Shown: piece by piece, positions 23,142-34,610 of the stretch
Numbering within the stretch: position 1 is the stretch's first letter
Layout: each line of letters begins with the position of its first letter
Assembly (NCBI GenBank): GCA_026023565.1
Contig: JAPETS010000060.1
Span: 1 to 64,000 of the forward strand
Length of the DNA: 64,000 bases
Direction of reading: 5' to 3'
DNA from: Cirrosporium novae-zelandiae
Lineage: Eukaryota
Translations under genes and position numbers: made by a program
Notes under the pieces: generated by a model
Told to the model about the DNA's origin: nothing
The model's input: the letters and a program-made list of their open reading frames with translations, nothing else
Database searches by the model: none

Positions 23142-26100
23142 GCAAGATAGGGTGTCAGACTTATAGTAGGTGTAATCAATGCGTAGGGCCTTGTATATAT
23201 AAACTGTGATACCTCATCATTTCTACAATTACCTCGAGATAGAAGACAAGAGATGAGCATGGGGAAAGGATAGGATCCCACAACTTTGCGCAAGTTGAGG
23301 AAATAGTTTCAGAGGCTTGTGTTCTTGAAATGAAATCAGGCCATGGCATTTTTTGACTTTCCCTTAAGCCGTCCATAGTGTTCCGCTTCATGCCGCCTAC
23401 CTACACAGGAAGGAGCTTTTCAAGGTCAACTGTTGGCATAGTTAGCGCTCCCGTATCTCAGATAGCATTAACCATAATTGTAGACAGATGAATCTTGGCC
23501 ACTAAATTCCGGCGGTTACTCGGCCTGTCTTGATTGAGGTTATGAAATGGGCCGAAAGTTAAATTCCTGCACTAAAGTGGCACAGGTGAGAACTTGCAAA
23601 AAATATAGGTAAAAAAATTAAATGACTAGCTCTCAATCCGAATACGAAATTGGGAAATTTGCACAACATAGATAGAACAAAAGGGTCATGCATTCTGAAT
23701 GAACCAGGTCGACCACCATCCAGCAGTAGATGTCAGGCTGACAGACAAGTTAAATCAAGAAGCAGATTTGCCATACGTCTAAAAATCAAAAGATGGTTGA
23801 AATCGTTAATGCTATCGCTTTTGCAGGTAGACTTTTAAAGAATTGACATATCCACAGATCAAGACTGAAGAGAGATGCAAACCAACCTGTTTTATCCCAT
23901 GCTCCAACCAACAGCAAGTGCGATGCTAATTGGGTAGTCTAGTTTCATAAGATCGGAAGCAGCATATCAAAGGAAATTTGGAGCTGGTGTGAAGATGGGG
24001 CTTTGAGATACCATACTGCTATTGAAAGTAGAGGACCTGAAAGAGTGTACGGAGGATGAAGATGGCGGGAGACTGCTTGCAAAGATGATTTGATGCCCAC
24101 TGCTACTGGGAAGAGGTAAGTAGTTGTGATCTCCTGTGCATCTAGAAAGAAGGCGATCTTTTGGATAAGTCGAAAACACCGAGGTTTTCACATGATCCCT
24201 ATCCCATCATTTTCGTTCGTATCGGTAAGAGTTGTCGTTTCATCCTTCCATCGGCATATTCTATAATGGTATATGCCCGTTTCTAATTCAGCAATGTGAA
24301 ACAGAAGTTGGCGAGGTGAGCATAAGGGCTTAACGTCGGTCATGATCTTTTTGACCCTCCTGCAGAAAACGGGGTTGGTGGTAAAAAGGTATGTAAGAAA
24401 TCATAATTCGAAGTTCCACGCGAGTTAGATATGGTAGGTGAGGATCGAGAAAGCACAGGGTGCGGCTGAACTATGGTCGTGTACTTGCTGTCTTGGTAGT
24501 TGATGGATCCGCGCGTGATTATGTGAGATGGTGAAAAAGAGTTATTGACAGGTGCTCGAAGGAAGGACAGCGGCATATAGAATAGCACAATAGGTGATAG
24601 GGTTAACTTAGGTGGAGTGGCAGATGTTGGAAGTTCGAAAACTGTCGTTCTCCAGATGTCCCTAGCAAAATTAACATTCAGATGAACCTCACCATGGTCC
24701 AGTTTGCTGTTTGTTCGGGGAATATTTAAGCACAACGAGTTGCAGGACCTCGTGTCGAATCTGCTGGCACGTATTGATAAGGGCCAAGTCACGGTCTGTT
24801 GCCCTATCAGTACTAGCATCTTAGATTCTCAGACTCAAGAGGACGGTTAGATAAATCAATAGAATTAGTTTCTATCACAGTGCTAGTAACTGACCAGAGT
24901 TATATTCAGAGATTCCTAACGAATGGACTTTTAATGAGGGAGTTCACCATGACTTCAGAGTAGAGATTAGTGGACCAAATATACGATTTGATGGTTTAAC
25001 AAGAGGATTCATTCTGCTTCTTCTACATAATAAATGTAATGAAAGTTAAAAAAGAAAGATGGGATGATGCTGAGGGTTCTTTTGATGCATTATGTCCTCC
25101 TCTTCTACCTCTCTTTTCCGTGCAAGTTAGAACGGGACATCTTCCATGATCAAAACACATAAGAACCAAAGTCTAGTAAAGGCAAATATAATCCATGTAA
25201 ATATTTTCTGATTCCAAATTCTGATCAGAAAAGGAACGTCGAGTTTACTCCTAAAGGTTGTCTTGGTTGTTTTGTCTGGAGATGTCGTTGATTTATAGCT
25301 TTGGTCGGAGTATGCAAGTTCGGGGACCGGTCATAGTGAATGGATGGCGGGATGGATGGATGTATTCAACTAAAATTATTTCTGGGACCGAAGAACCAAA
25401 ATAGGTTTGGCATCCACTGCAGCATCTCAACTTCGGTCCTTGACTTCGGCTCTTGACCCCACCTACTTCTACCCTGCAGTACCACTACAGTACCACTATA
25501 TCTTTATACTTAGTTTCAACATCTTGACATAAATTCCGGAATATTGTGAATAGTTCGTATCCACGCAATCTCTACTCTCGATCTAGACAAACGACTTCTT
25601 TTCCGTAGTATAAGAGTTGCTTAATCTCCACCAGTATTTAGTCCATGATACTACTTTCCATCATCTATTCATCCCCATCTATCAAGAAGCAATCATCAGA
25701 ACCAAAGAACTAAAAATACATAAAGACTTGTGAACAGGTTTCACCACACCACCTAGCTTTCCCTGTGTGTCTTCCTATCGCCTACTCTAACCCACCTGAC
25801 CAACAAACAGTACCTCCGAATCCCTATTCCCAGCAGGACAATAACATCTTAAATATGGGCAACCGCTCCTCGAGTCTCACCGGCAAAGCCACCCCCAAGG
25901 CCGCCACCTACGCCAACATTCCTAAGGTTGATCACTGTAATCGCCGTGCTGTAGGATGATTTTGAAGGATAATAGAATTGACTGCAGTGAGCATAGGCTG
26001 ATTACTATGTAGTTCCAAAAGCTTTCACAGGCAAACTCTGCTGTGTGGGCGAAACTATCTTAGGAGACGATAATGCAAGGGGTAAGGGATAAGGGATAAG

Positions 26101-26976
26101 GAGATGTCGTGGACTGCTGAACAGTCATGACATGTAGAGGAATTAAGTAAATATGGATATAAAATGCCGAAGGTTAATATTGGCTTGGGCCGAGAAATTC
26201 ATTGCCGATTGACCGCTTATTGGCTAATGACTGTGTGCTATGCATAATGATCCACTTCTTTACATTGATTAAATAGGAAATATATTCAGCTTTAAATATT
26301 AACAAGTTATAATTCTTATTAGCATTCATCGTTTTGATAATACTTTTGGCCTTTTTCAATCGAGATAAGGTGCCGTTTAGTTTTTTTCTAGAAGCCATGT
26401 AAGCCAAACCTTGGACATGCTGACTTTCAGCCCTACAATGTCCGCACGAATCGTCTTCTCTCGCAAAGGAAGGTCTTCCCTGGTTGCATTGACAGTGAGA
26501 AAACCTCTCGCTACGGAGATCCTGTACCTGGATCCACGCTTTACATCTCCTATTTGAGATTCCCTTTGAGTTTTTTATTCATAGTTAATGCGGCCAACAA
26601 CGCCACAAATTCCCTATCTGATAATATTGGCCATCTTAATATCTCTCGAGATCACCACTATAATCCATTCTTTGGTCACTGGTACTGTCATGGGATCTGT
26701 TTGTCGATGACGTACGAGATACTAGTCACTACCATTTAAAATATCAAATAGCATGGACACTGAAGTGCACATATTTGCCAAGTCCTAGCCTCCGAGGGGA
26801 CAAAGGTTAACATCCTACTTGCTCGAAAGATTCAAAGGAGTGATCTATGAGAACTCAATATCGAGGGTTGAGTACCTAAGTGGCTAAGAGGCTATTTGAT
26901 CAAAAATAGCATCGCCGAGCGATCTAACAGGCGACCTGCGGGGCAGTCTACGAGAATATTCATTACCAGCATTACG

Positions 26977-27388
26977 ATGGATTTAGTGCGGAATTTCTTC
27001 AGACCTAGATGCCAAAACTCTTTACATTGCCATGGATACAAGGAAGACGCACGGGACCAGTACTGCCCATATTGCGCTGTAAGTAGCGGCTAGTCTCTCC
27101 ATCTTCTCGAATGCTCATTAACAGTTTGGTGAACCTCTAGTGCGGTCATGCAAGGAGAGGATATATCGACATAAAGGTCTGCGGGCGCATTGTACCAGTT
27201 ATTGCCAAAGAGCAGTGCTTTTGTCGTAGGCATAAGCCTCGTGGTGGTTGGAATGAGTATGCCGATTACGAGTTCGTGAATGGATTCATGATTCGATTCA
27301 ACAGGCAAGAAGTGTTTTGAATATATACTGCTTGCTAAATACTAACATTGACAGGAGTGATGAGAATGATGGATGGGGGCAGCGATGA
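26977..27388 (+). CDS. Small Cys/His-rich (putative zinc-binding) protein, about 99 aa, 3 exons; only its first exon appears in the ORF track
   Basis: Exons 26977-27078 | gtaagt..ttaac..ctag | 27141-27304 | gcaaga..ctaac..acag | 27355-27388 give MDLVRNFFRPRCQNSLHCHGYKEDARDQYCPYCACGHARRGYIDIKVCGRIVPVIAKEQCFCRRHKPRGGWNEYADYEFVNGFMIRFNRSDENDGWGQR. Confidence 0.55.
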
Positions 27389-28817
27389 CCAAACTTCTCG
27401 CCGACTGCAACTCTCCGAGAATAGAAAAGATGTAATCTACCTACTTGCATTACATCAAGAACTACCTGGTGGTCGAGTGTTGCCGACCTGAATGGCTTTG
27501 ACGATGCGACGAGGAGCCGATGCTAGTGAACAACATAACCGCATTAAAAGTTCACTTCCAATAGGGTCAAGAATTGACTCCCAAATATATCACTACGCTA
27601 GTATTTCCCCTATACATATTACATCAATACTTTGTTCAGCGATTAGGGCAATGTGGTGAAGAGTAATTTTTTCTATGGACATCCTTCACATCATGTGTCT
27701 CATTCTTGGTCTCGAGACTAGCTAAGTATGAATATATCAATACTAGATGGGTTTCGGACATCACAGGGAATTATATAATGAGCTGTGATATTTCTTTTGG
27801 GGAATTCTGAATACTAGACTGTTGTCGGAAATTTGGCTAGTCAAAACATTAAATACTCAGTTAGCGATAGCCTGCATCCTATTTTCACCGGTAACAGTGA
27901 TATCGAATATCAAAGGGGTCTGTTTACTCTAACCGGCATGGCTCCTTGCCTAACCCAAGGAACATGATCTTGGAGCTCGAATATAAAAGAAAGCCACTTC
28001 AGTGTCCTAGTATTCTTGAATGCCATGAACGTCCCAGAGGAACTCTCCGTGTGATAGTCCCTCCCAACAGGCAACCAAATCGGATCAGCATCGCCTCTAT
28101 CAGAATTCAACTTATTCATAACAGCGGCATTGGTACTATAGAACTGAGGCTAGAAGAACGTAGAAGACAACAGCAAGCTAAACTGCCTGCTGTTGATGGT
28201 CTACCATGGTGAACCACGGAGGAACGCTAGATAGATCAAGATTGAAGATGAGTCAATTTTCAATTGCTGAGGTTTTACTGACCATATTTCTATGAACTTA
28301 TAGTACGATGCATTTGACAATGGCGGGTCTGAGAATCAATGTATAGGTGGAAAAAAATCTATGGATCCGTATAGAAATAAGTTTGGGCACGAGAGCAATT
28401 GGTACCTTGGGAATGGTTTAGGTATCGAGCGGTGGTGGACTGGGAGGCCCTTGGTTGGTTCGTTTGTGAAGGTTCAGCAACTAGTGGGAGCGTGATGCCG
28501 AGGCAGACCCACTGGTGACATATCGACCCAACCACCAGGTCTCCTTCATGTCGCTCAAATAGTACTACTCTCAAATAATCTATGGAATACTGGCTCCACA
28601 TTCTATTCTATCCCTTGACTGATTGACCTTTGTTCCTGGGCGGTGACATATCGCGGTACAATTTCCAAAAATATATATTTTTGAGGGAATATCATGCATT
28701 TTAATAATGTTGCCATGTTCCCACTTGACAGAGTAAAAGACAGGAGGCGGTATAATTTATTGAAGAACCAACTGCCATAGTCATATTGCACCCGCCTCAT
28801 CCCGATCATCATTTCCC

Positions 28818-30018
28818 ATGGATGCATCACAGATTTACGCGCACGTACAATCCCACTACGGGTCTGTTGCTAAGGATCTTTCTAATACTCAATATGGCCA
28901 AAATATTGCTTCCGCCTTTGGTTACTCCCCACAGGAATTGGCCGAGGTCCCAGAAGGTGCGAATCTGGGTCTTAGTTGTGGGAACCCAATGGCCATCGCA
29001 AAACTGAGAGATGGCGAGACAGTAATTGATTTGGGAAGTGGAGCTGGATTTGATGTATTTCTTGCAGCAAAGAGTGTTGGGCCCAGCGGAAGAGCCATTG
29101 GAGTGGATATGAACAAGGTAATTGCTTATTGGCTACTTGTTTATTCGTGGAATTTAAAGCTGAGCAACTGTTCAGAGCATGCTCGAAAGAGCCAACAAAA
29201 ACAAGCAGAAAGCCGGCGCAGCCAACGTTACCTTTGTCGAGTCGCCCATAACTCGGGTTGACCTTCCCTCCTCCATCGCAGATTGCATAACTAGTAACTG
29301 CGTCATCAATCTTGTGCCAGAGAAGGAGAAACAATTGGTGTTCAATGAGATGTTCCGACTACTTAAACCAGGAGGAAGACTCGCGATTAGTGATATTCTG
29401 GCAAAGACGGCCCTACCCGAGGGTTTGAAAAGTGATATGGCCATGTATGTGGGATGCATTGGTGGGGCAAGTGAAGTTGGGGCTTATGAAAAATACCTAA
29501 GGGAAGCAGGATTCATGAGTAAGTTGATCATTCCGCTTAATTTCTTCTAGGAACTTTTACTGGGTGTGTTTTGACTTGTCATTCTTATTAGATGGCTTGA
29601 TACTGGACAGCAAAAGTGACTTGAATGTCTATAAAGACACCAACGAGAGTGGGACCACAAAAGGGCCATGTGGAACTGGATCTGGGTGCTGTGGTTCGCA
29701 AGCCTCACCTTCCAGCGTAGAAGGACAGAAGGGCTCGTTAAAACCTTGTGGTCCGAGCCCTGCAGGCGGTGAGACCAAAGTGCCATCAAGTAGCGGAGAA
29801 AGTAGCGGAGGGAGTACTGCAGCTGGTTGCAGCATGGAATGCTTATCCTGCTGCGAGGCGGAGAAAACAACAACTCCCGCTACATTATACAAGGAATGGA
29901 CTGACGTGGACTTGAACCAGTGGGCAGGTAAAGATGATCCCCAGATCTTGCACAGGACTCCACTAATTGTTTATGCTTCATATTAGGCTCATTCAAGATC
30001 TATGCGGTAAAGCCTTAG
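28818..30018 (+). CDS. arsM: Arsenite S-adenosylmethionine methyltransferase (ArsM/AS3MT family), 4 exons
   Basis: [68 protein letters not shown], a Cys-rich tail, and [16 protein letters not shown] ending at TAG 30018. Confidence 0.92.
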
Positions 30019-30225
30019 CGGAGTGTGATGTAATTCAAATACTGATAACCTGGTAGAAAGTAGCAAGGAATGTAAATAATTAATGAAAGTTCATGTGTAG
30101 CGGGGTTCAGCCCTATCTCTCTTGAGAGGGGGGATGAAGGCTTGGCATTTTTGCAGTTGGACGCTGAACTCAGCTGGGTGAAATTGTTTAAAAAGCTAGC
30201 ATTTTTGAAATGGAACCTTTTATCT

Positions 30226-31068
30226 ATGCAATATATCTTGAAACGATCGTTTATACGGTCTTTTTCCAAAATGCCTGGTCGCAGACCACGTAAAGTCCTG
30301 TCACGCGAGGAGCAAGTCTCCCACCTTTTATCTCGAATTTTGCGACATCAAGCGGTGAATCTCGGTCTGAAGCTGAACCCAAAAGGTTATGCTGAAGTGG
30401 ACAAAGTCCTCGCTCTACAGAATATACGAAGCCTCAAAGTTACCTTTCCAGAATTACGCAAGATTGTTGCCGAAAATGACAAGCAACGTTATTCCTTAAT
30501 ACCGCGAGATGAAAGTATTTCTCCAGAATCCGAACAAGCCTCAGATTATTTGATTAGAGCCAACCAAGGCCACAGCATCAAGCTGGAATCGGTGGACCTG
30601 CTCACGCCCATTACCGCAGAAGCCGGAAATATACCCGAGACGGTGGTTCATGGGACAGACAAAGCAACATGGGATGCTATCATCAGGTCTGGTGGGCTGT
30701 CGAAAATGACAAGAAATCATGTACATCTGGCAACAGGACCCTCTTTAGGAGCAGTTGAATCGGGGGCTGCATTCGCAAGAAAGAGTGGGATAGTGAAAGG
30801 AGGCGTGGATGACTCGAGTACCAATGTCAACTTTCCAGTCTCGGGCATACGGAAATCAACAAGCCTTTTCATCTACATTGATATTCGTCGGGCGCTTGAA
30901 AGTGGAGTGAATTTTTGGATGAGTGATAATGGAGTGGTTTTGACTGAAGGCAATGACAAAGGACTATTGTTGACCGAGTTCTTTAATGTTGTCTTTGCGA
31001 AGAAACAAGGTGTAATATGGGAAGGTGGAAAACAGGTGGCAGAACTATACGGCAAAAGTGGTGAATAG
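30226..31068 (+). CDS. TPT1: tRNA 2'-phosphotransferase (Tpt1/KptA), single exon; ATG at 30226 or 30271
   Basis: SHLLSRILRHQA, NDKQRYSL, IRANQGHSI, VVHGT, GGLSKMTRNHVHLA, SGIRKS, SDNGVVLTEG cover the Tpt1 Arg-His-Arg-Arg catalytic and NAD-binding motifs. Confidence 0.95.
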   Translation: MQYILKRSFIRSFSKMPGRRPRKVLSREEQVSHLLSRILRHQAVNLGLKLNPKGYAEVDKVLALQNIRSLKVTFPELRKIVAENDKQRYSLIPRDESISPESEQASDYLIRANQGHSIKLESVDLLTPITAEAGNIPETVVHGTDKATWDAIIRSGGLSKMTRNHVHLATGPSLGAVESGAAFARKSGIVKGGVDDSSTNVNFPVSGIRKSTSLFIYIDIRRALESGVNFWMSDNGVVLTEGNDKGLLLTEFFNVVFAKKQGVIWEGGKQVAELYGKSGE

Positions 31069-32394
31069 CAAGATCCTACTACCCTTAAAATAAATTGATG
31101 AAGTCAGAGGTCATATATGAGAGGAGGTTTCATGATACCTCTCTTCCGAGTTATTTCGGGGGTAGTTCGTCATCCTCTCTTATCTCTTCGGATCTGAGAT
31201 TGTCTTTGATTACTCCCGTTCACTGGTTACTAGCCAGCCTTCTGCATCGCTATCTGCATAGGAGGACTAGAAGATCGGAGAGATGCGAAGTGTATACACA
31301 GTGTCCATAGCTCCCTGGATGCTTTTTTTTATTCACGAGGTTAAATAAAGATGGGAAGGGGGTTTTGACCAGTCGATTATACAAAATTCGCAAGACCCAA
31401 TAGACCTGGAACGAGGGCAATATGGAAAGTATATCTTTGAAGTTAGATCAAGATGATATAGGAGGTTTAGCTTCTCTCCTGGGTTACGAAAGTATAGACT
31501 AGTTAATTACTAAAGGAGGAGTTCATGAAAGTCGCCATTTTAACTAAAGGGGGGGGGGTCCGGTCTAGTTATCGTGGGACACCGATGGGTCAGTGCCTGC
31601 ATTAGTGACCGGTGTAAAGACCTTCAAATTCGAAATTCTCTTCCTCCTTTTTTCGGCCAATTGCAAATCCAGTATCCAGAAGTCACCAGTAAAGATGGAT
31701 TTTGACGGGCTGTTTGACAGTTATGGATTATTAAGTGACTATTCATGACCATTTATGTACTATGTACCTTTGAAGAAGAGAGTTCATCTAAGGAACGAAA
31801 GAGTTTGCCATCGGTCGCATAAAGTTACTAAGGAATATATTACTTGTCATGCTTACTTAGTAGGGAAGATTGAAGAAGAAGAAGTTCCAGAAGATAATAG
31901 GTAATAATGTAAATTTGGTATTCCCAGCCCCTTCTTTTTTATTGATTGTAAGTTATGGACTGGTGTGAATTGTGTGGATGGTGGATTGTGGACTGTAGAC
32001 TGTGGGTTTTGGGCACCCATCCCCCGTGACTGGACCCCCCAAGGACCCCCCTCCCCCCCTCCCCCCCTCCTCTACTTTGTGTCTACCGCTCGTCTATCGC
32101 CTCACAATACACGTTTGTGATTCCCTGAAAGAGGAGAAGCCTAGAATATCTCTAAAAAAACATTTCCCGTCTTTTCCTCTTTCCTTCATAATATATCTAC
32201 ATCCTTCTTCCATCTATTGATACATCAACCTCAAGATATATATAATACCATGATAGTGATTCCGTGTATTGTTACATGCTATCCCAGATCAATCTGCTCT
32301 CGCTACAAGTTACCTACTGGCTCCTGACCATCAATCTAACCATTTATTTCTCATACCCCCCAGCCAAAGTACCAGTGGACCTGTAAGAACCCCC

Positions 32395-32455
32395 CTCCCT
32401 CCTTCCATCCCCCCCAAACTACCCCCCCCCCCCAACCCCCCCCCCCCCCCCCCCC
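32395..32455 (-). other. Dense poly-C tracts (G-quadruplex-capable on the minus strand); similar tract at 32035-32072
   Basis: Multiple long C runs separated by short linkers just upstream of the 32535 gene. Confidence 0.5.
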
Positions 32456-32534
32456 GAACCCATAACCCCGACAGGGAAGTTGGCTGAAGTTGAAGCTAAA
32501 CAAAGTACCAAGGACCTTTTCTCAACTTGCGAAA

Positions 32535-34610
32535 ATGTCGCGTACAACAACAGCCACCCCCAACTCATGGCCTACCATGTATCTACCTTCACAACAAAAA
32601 CAACAAAAAGACTGGCGATTGCTAAGAAGCAAAACCGAATCTTCACTTGTCGCACCACGTCGCTCGATAACTAGTCGATCGCGACAAAAATCATTCGATG
32701 CCTCGACATCATCATCAACAAAACGACCTCAAGAGTTCGGTGCAGAGATTACTCGCTTAGCGCCCGCCCCCGACGTGGAATCGAATAATAATAAGGAGGA
32801 AGACTACTTCCTCCTCCAACTCCCCCAAACCACCCCGCTATCACCACCATCAAAAAGAATTCGCACCACGTCGAGATCCCGCAGAAGTTCCATATCACTT
32901 TCGCCAAAACAAAATCCCTTTCTTCATTCTAGGTCTCAATCAAAAAGTCAACTTTCACCGCCGGTGGCCGATACTAGGTCAGCCCCGACCAGACGACCGC
33001 CTGCTTCGCATAGTAGTCATGGGATAGAAACCTCACACGGCCCTCCTCCTGCACTCATAACACAAAGATCCAAACATACCTCCGAGATGGACGATTACCA
33101 CGATGAGACTGATAATTCCGTCGTCTCCACTGGGACACACTCAGTCTGGGATGAGCTGGAAGACATCAAATCAAGGATACGCCGATTAGAACTGACGGGG
33201 CGATTACCGGCAGCATCCGTTGAGAAACCACGCGCGTTGAGCGCTTCACCAGCCCACTCTTCAAATGAGAGTGCGACCGACACAGAAGACAAGGACCAAG
33301 AGGATATAACCTTACGGCCGTCACCACCACCGACCGGACCCTCGTCGCTGTTGAATTCTGCATTAGAAAAGACCAAGCCCCATCTCGCGAAAGATGTCTA
33401 TCGAGCCTTGGAAGCCACGGTTTCAGATGTTATCGCCCTGGCAGCGATGATGGGAAGTACTGGCGAGGTTCCTTCTTCAGGCGCATCTCAAGCATCATCG
33501 GCTGTTGGGAATACACCAAGTGTCTCGGCTCGTCAAGTTCGCAGAAAAACCGATAGCATCTGTCGAAACATGACCGAACTATGTGTTGCCATGACCGATA
33601 CTCCCGCTTCTGCGCCTCACACATCTCCGAGAAGCCGTCCAAGCCGCCCAAGCAGTAGGGATGCTTCATCGACTCAACCCGCCGCCAGTCATAACACCGA
33701 ACAGTTTTCGTCCCGCTTTGGTCGAGGCCTCAGCCTTGAACCAGAAGATCTCCCTCGCGCGGGCTCTCGAGTCATGTCGCGACTCGAAGCGCGTCGATCG
33801 TCGATGATGGTATTTGGCGCGTCGACAAATGCTCGGGGGACAACAACTACTTCTGAAGCCAACACAAGCTTGCAACCTCATAACCCTACATCGAATTCAT
33901 CCAGCAGTCGCGCGAATCGTACCTCAGCCATTTTCCGTCCTCGGACTACCGCCGCTCCTCGAGAAGAATCCCCTGAGGTCGAACCCCCAAAACATTCAAG
34001 TATTCGACCAGTGTCACGAGCAATGACCGAGGTTACCCATGTACGCTCGCCCCGTGAACGAATGTCTCGAGAATACACATCGCACCATCCACTACCAGAG
34101 CCTCCAACCGCTTCGTCGCAAAACTCACCCTCATCCGCTATTACACCTTCATCTGCTATTATACCTAGTTCTCGGCTTGGTAGACGAAGCAATTACACCA
34201 GCGCAAGCAGCGTTGTTGGTATCCAAACACCTCCTTCACAACCTACGAATCATTCGGAATCGCATTCGCATACTCAATCGAATCCCACATCTGCTATTTC
34301 AAGCAAGAAGGCTTCATCCACCCGTCCACTTCGCGTATCATATGACTCCACTGGTTTAACCCAACTAGCCACCCCACCTTCCTCCGGGTTAGGCCTCGGT
34401 AATGCAACATCACGTCGATTCAAAGCCTTGAACCATACTCCACGGAGCCCATCGCATTTGACAGATAGCAGTAACAGTGAAAGCCCATCGGAAAAAGCCC
34501 CTTCTGCTATCTCCACCTCCTCGAGAACCGGTCTGAGATTTGTCTCTTCCGCTTTACCTTCAGGTCATACCTCTAGACGGATTCCACGACCGAGCCTTCC
34601 TGCTAGCTAG
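32535..34610 (+). CDS. Conserved fungal Ser/Pro/Arg-rich low-complexity protein of unknown function
   Basis: Long ORF (first ATG 32535) with ordered islands SVWDELEDIKSRIRRLELTGRLP, LLNSALEKTK..VYRALEATVSDVIALA and RQVRRKTDSICRNMTELCVAM. Confidence 0.82.
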   Translation: MSRTTTATPNSWPTMYLPSQQKQQKDWRLLRSKTESSLVAPRRSITSRSRQKSFDASTSSSTKRPQEFGAEITRLAPAPDVESNNNKEEDYFLLQLPQTTPLSPPSKRIRTTSRSRRSSISLSPKQNPFLHSRSQSKSQLSPPVADTRSAPTRRPPASHSSHGIETSHGPPPALITQRSKHTSEMDDYHDETDNSVVSTGTHSVWDELEDIKSRIRRLELTGRLPAASVEKPRALSASPAHSSNESATDTEDKDQEDITLRPSPPPTGPSSLLNSALEKTKPHLAKDVYRALEATVSDVIALAAMMGSTGEVPSSGASQASSAVGNTPSVSARQVRRKTDSICRNMTELCVAMTDTPASAPHTSPRSRPSRPSSRDASSTQPAASHNTEQFSSRFGRGLSLEPEDLPRAGSRVMSRLEARRSSMMVFGASTNARGTTTTSEANTSLQPHNPTSNSSSSRANRTSAIFRPRTTAAPREESPEVEPPKHSSIRPVSRAMTEVTHVRSPRERMSREYTSHHPLPEPPTASSQNSPSSAITPSSAIIPSSRLGRRSNYTSASSVVGIQTPPSQPTNHSESHSHTQSNPTSAISSKKASSTRPLRVSYDSTGLTQLATPPSSGLGLGNATSRRFKALNHTPRSPSHLTDSSNSESPSEKAPSAISTSSRTGLRFVSSALPSGHTSRRIPRPSLPAS

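Noticed and set aside
23967..24819. ORFs of 74 and 159 aa on the minus strand
   Set aside because: No recognisable motif and no convincing splice structure.
27946..28212. 88-aa ORF with TTG start
   Set aside because: Non-ATG start, no motif and no supporting splice sites.
30142..30225. TTG-initiated N-terminal extension of TPT1 in the ORF track (likewise at 32490, 42584 and 46774)
   Set aside because: Artefact of alternative start codons in a eukaryotic sequence; in-frame ATGs are available downstream.
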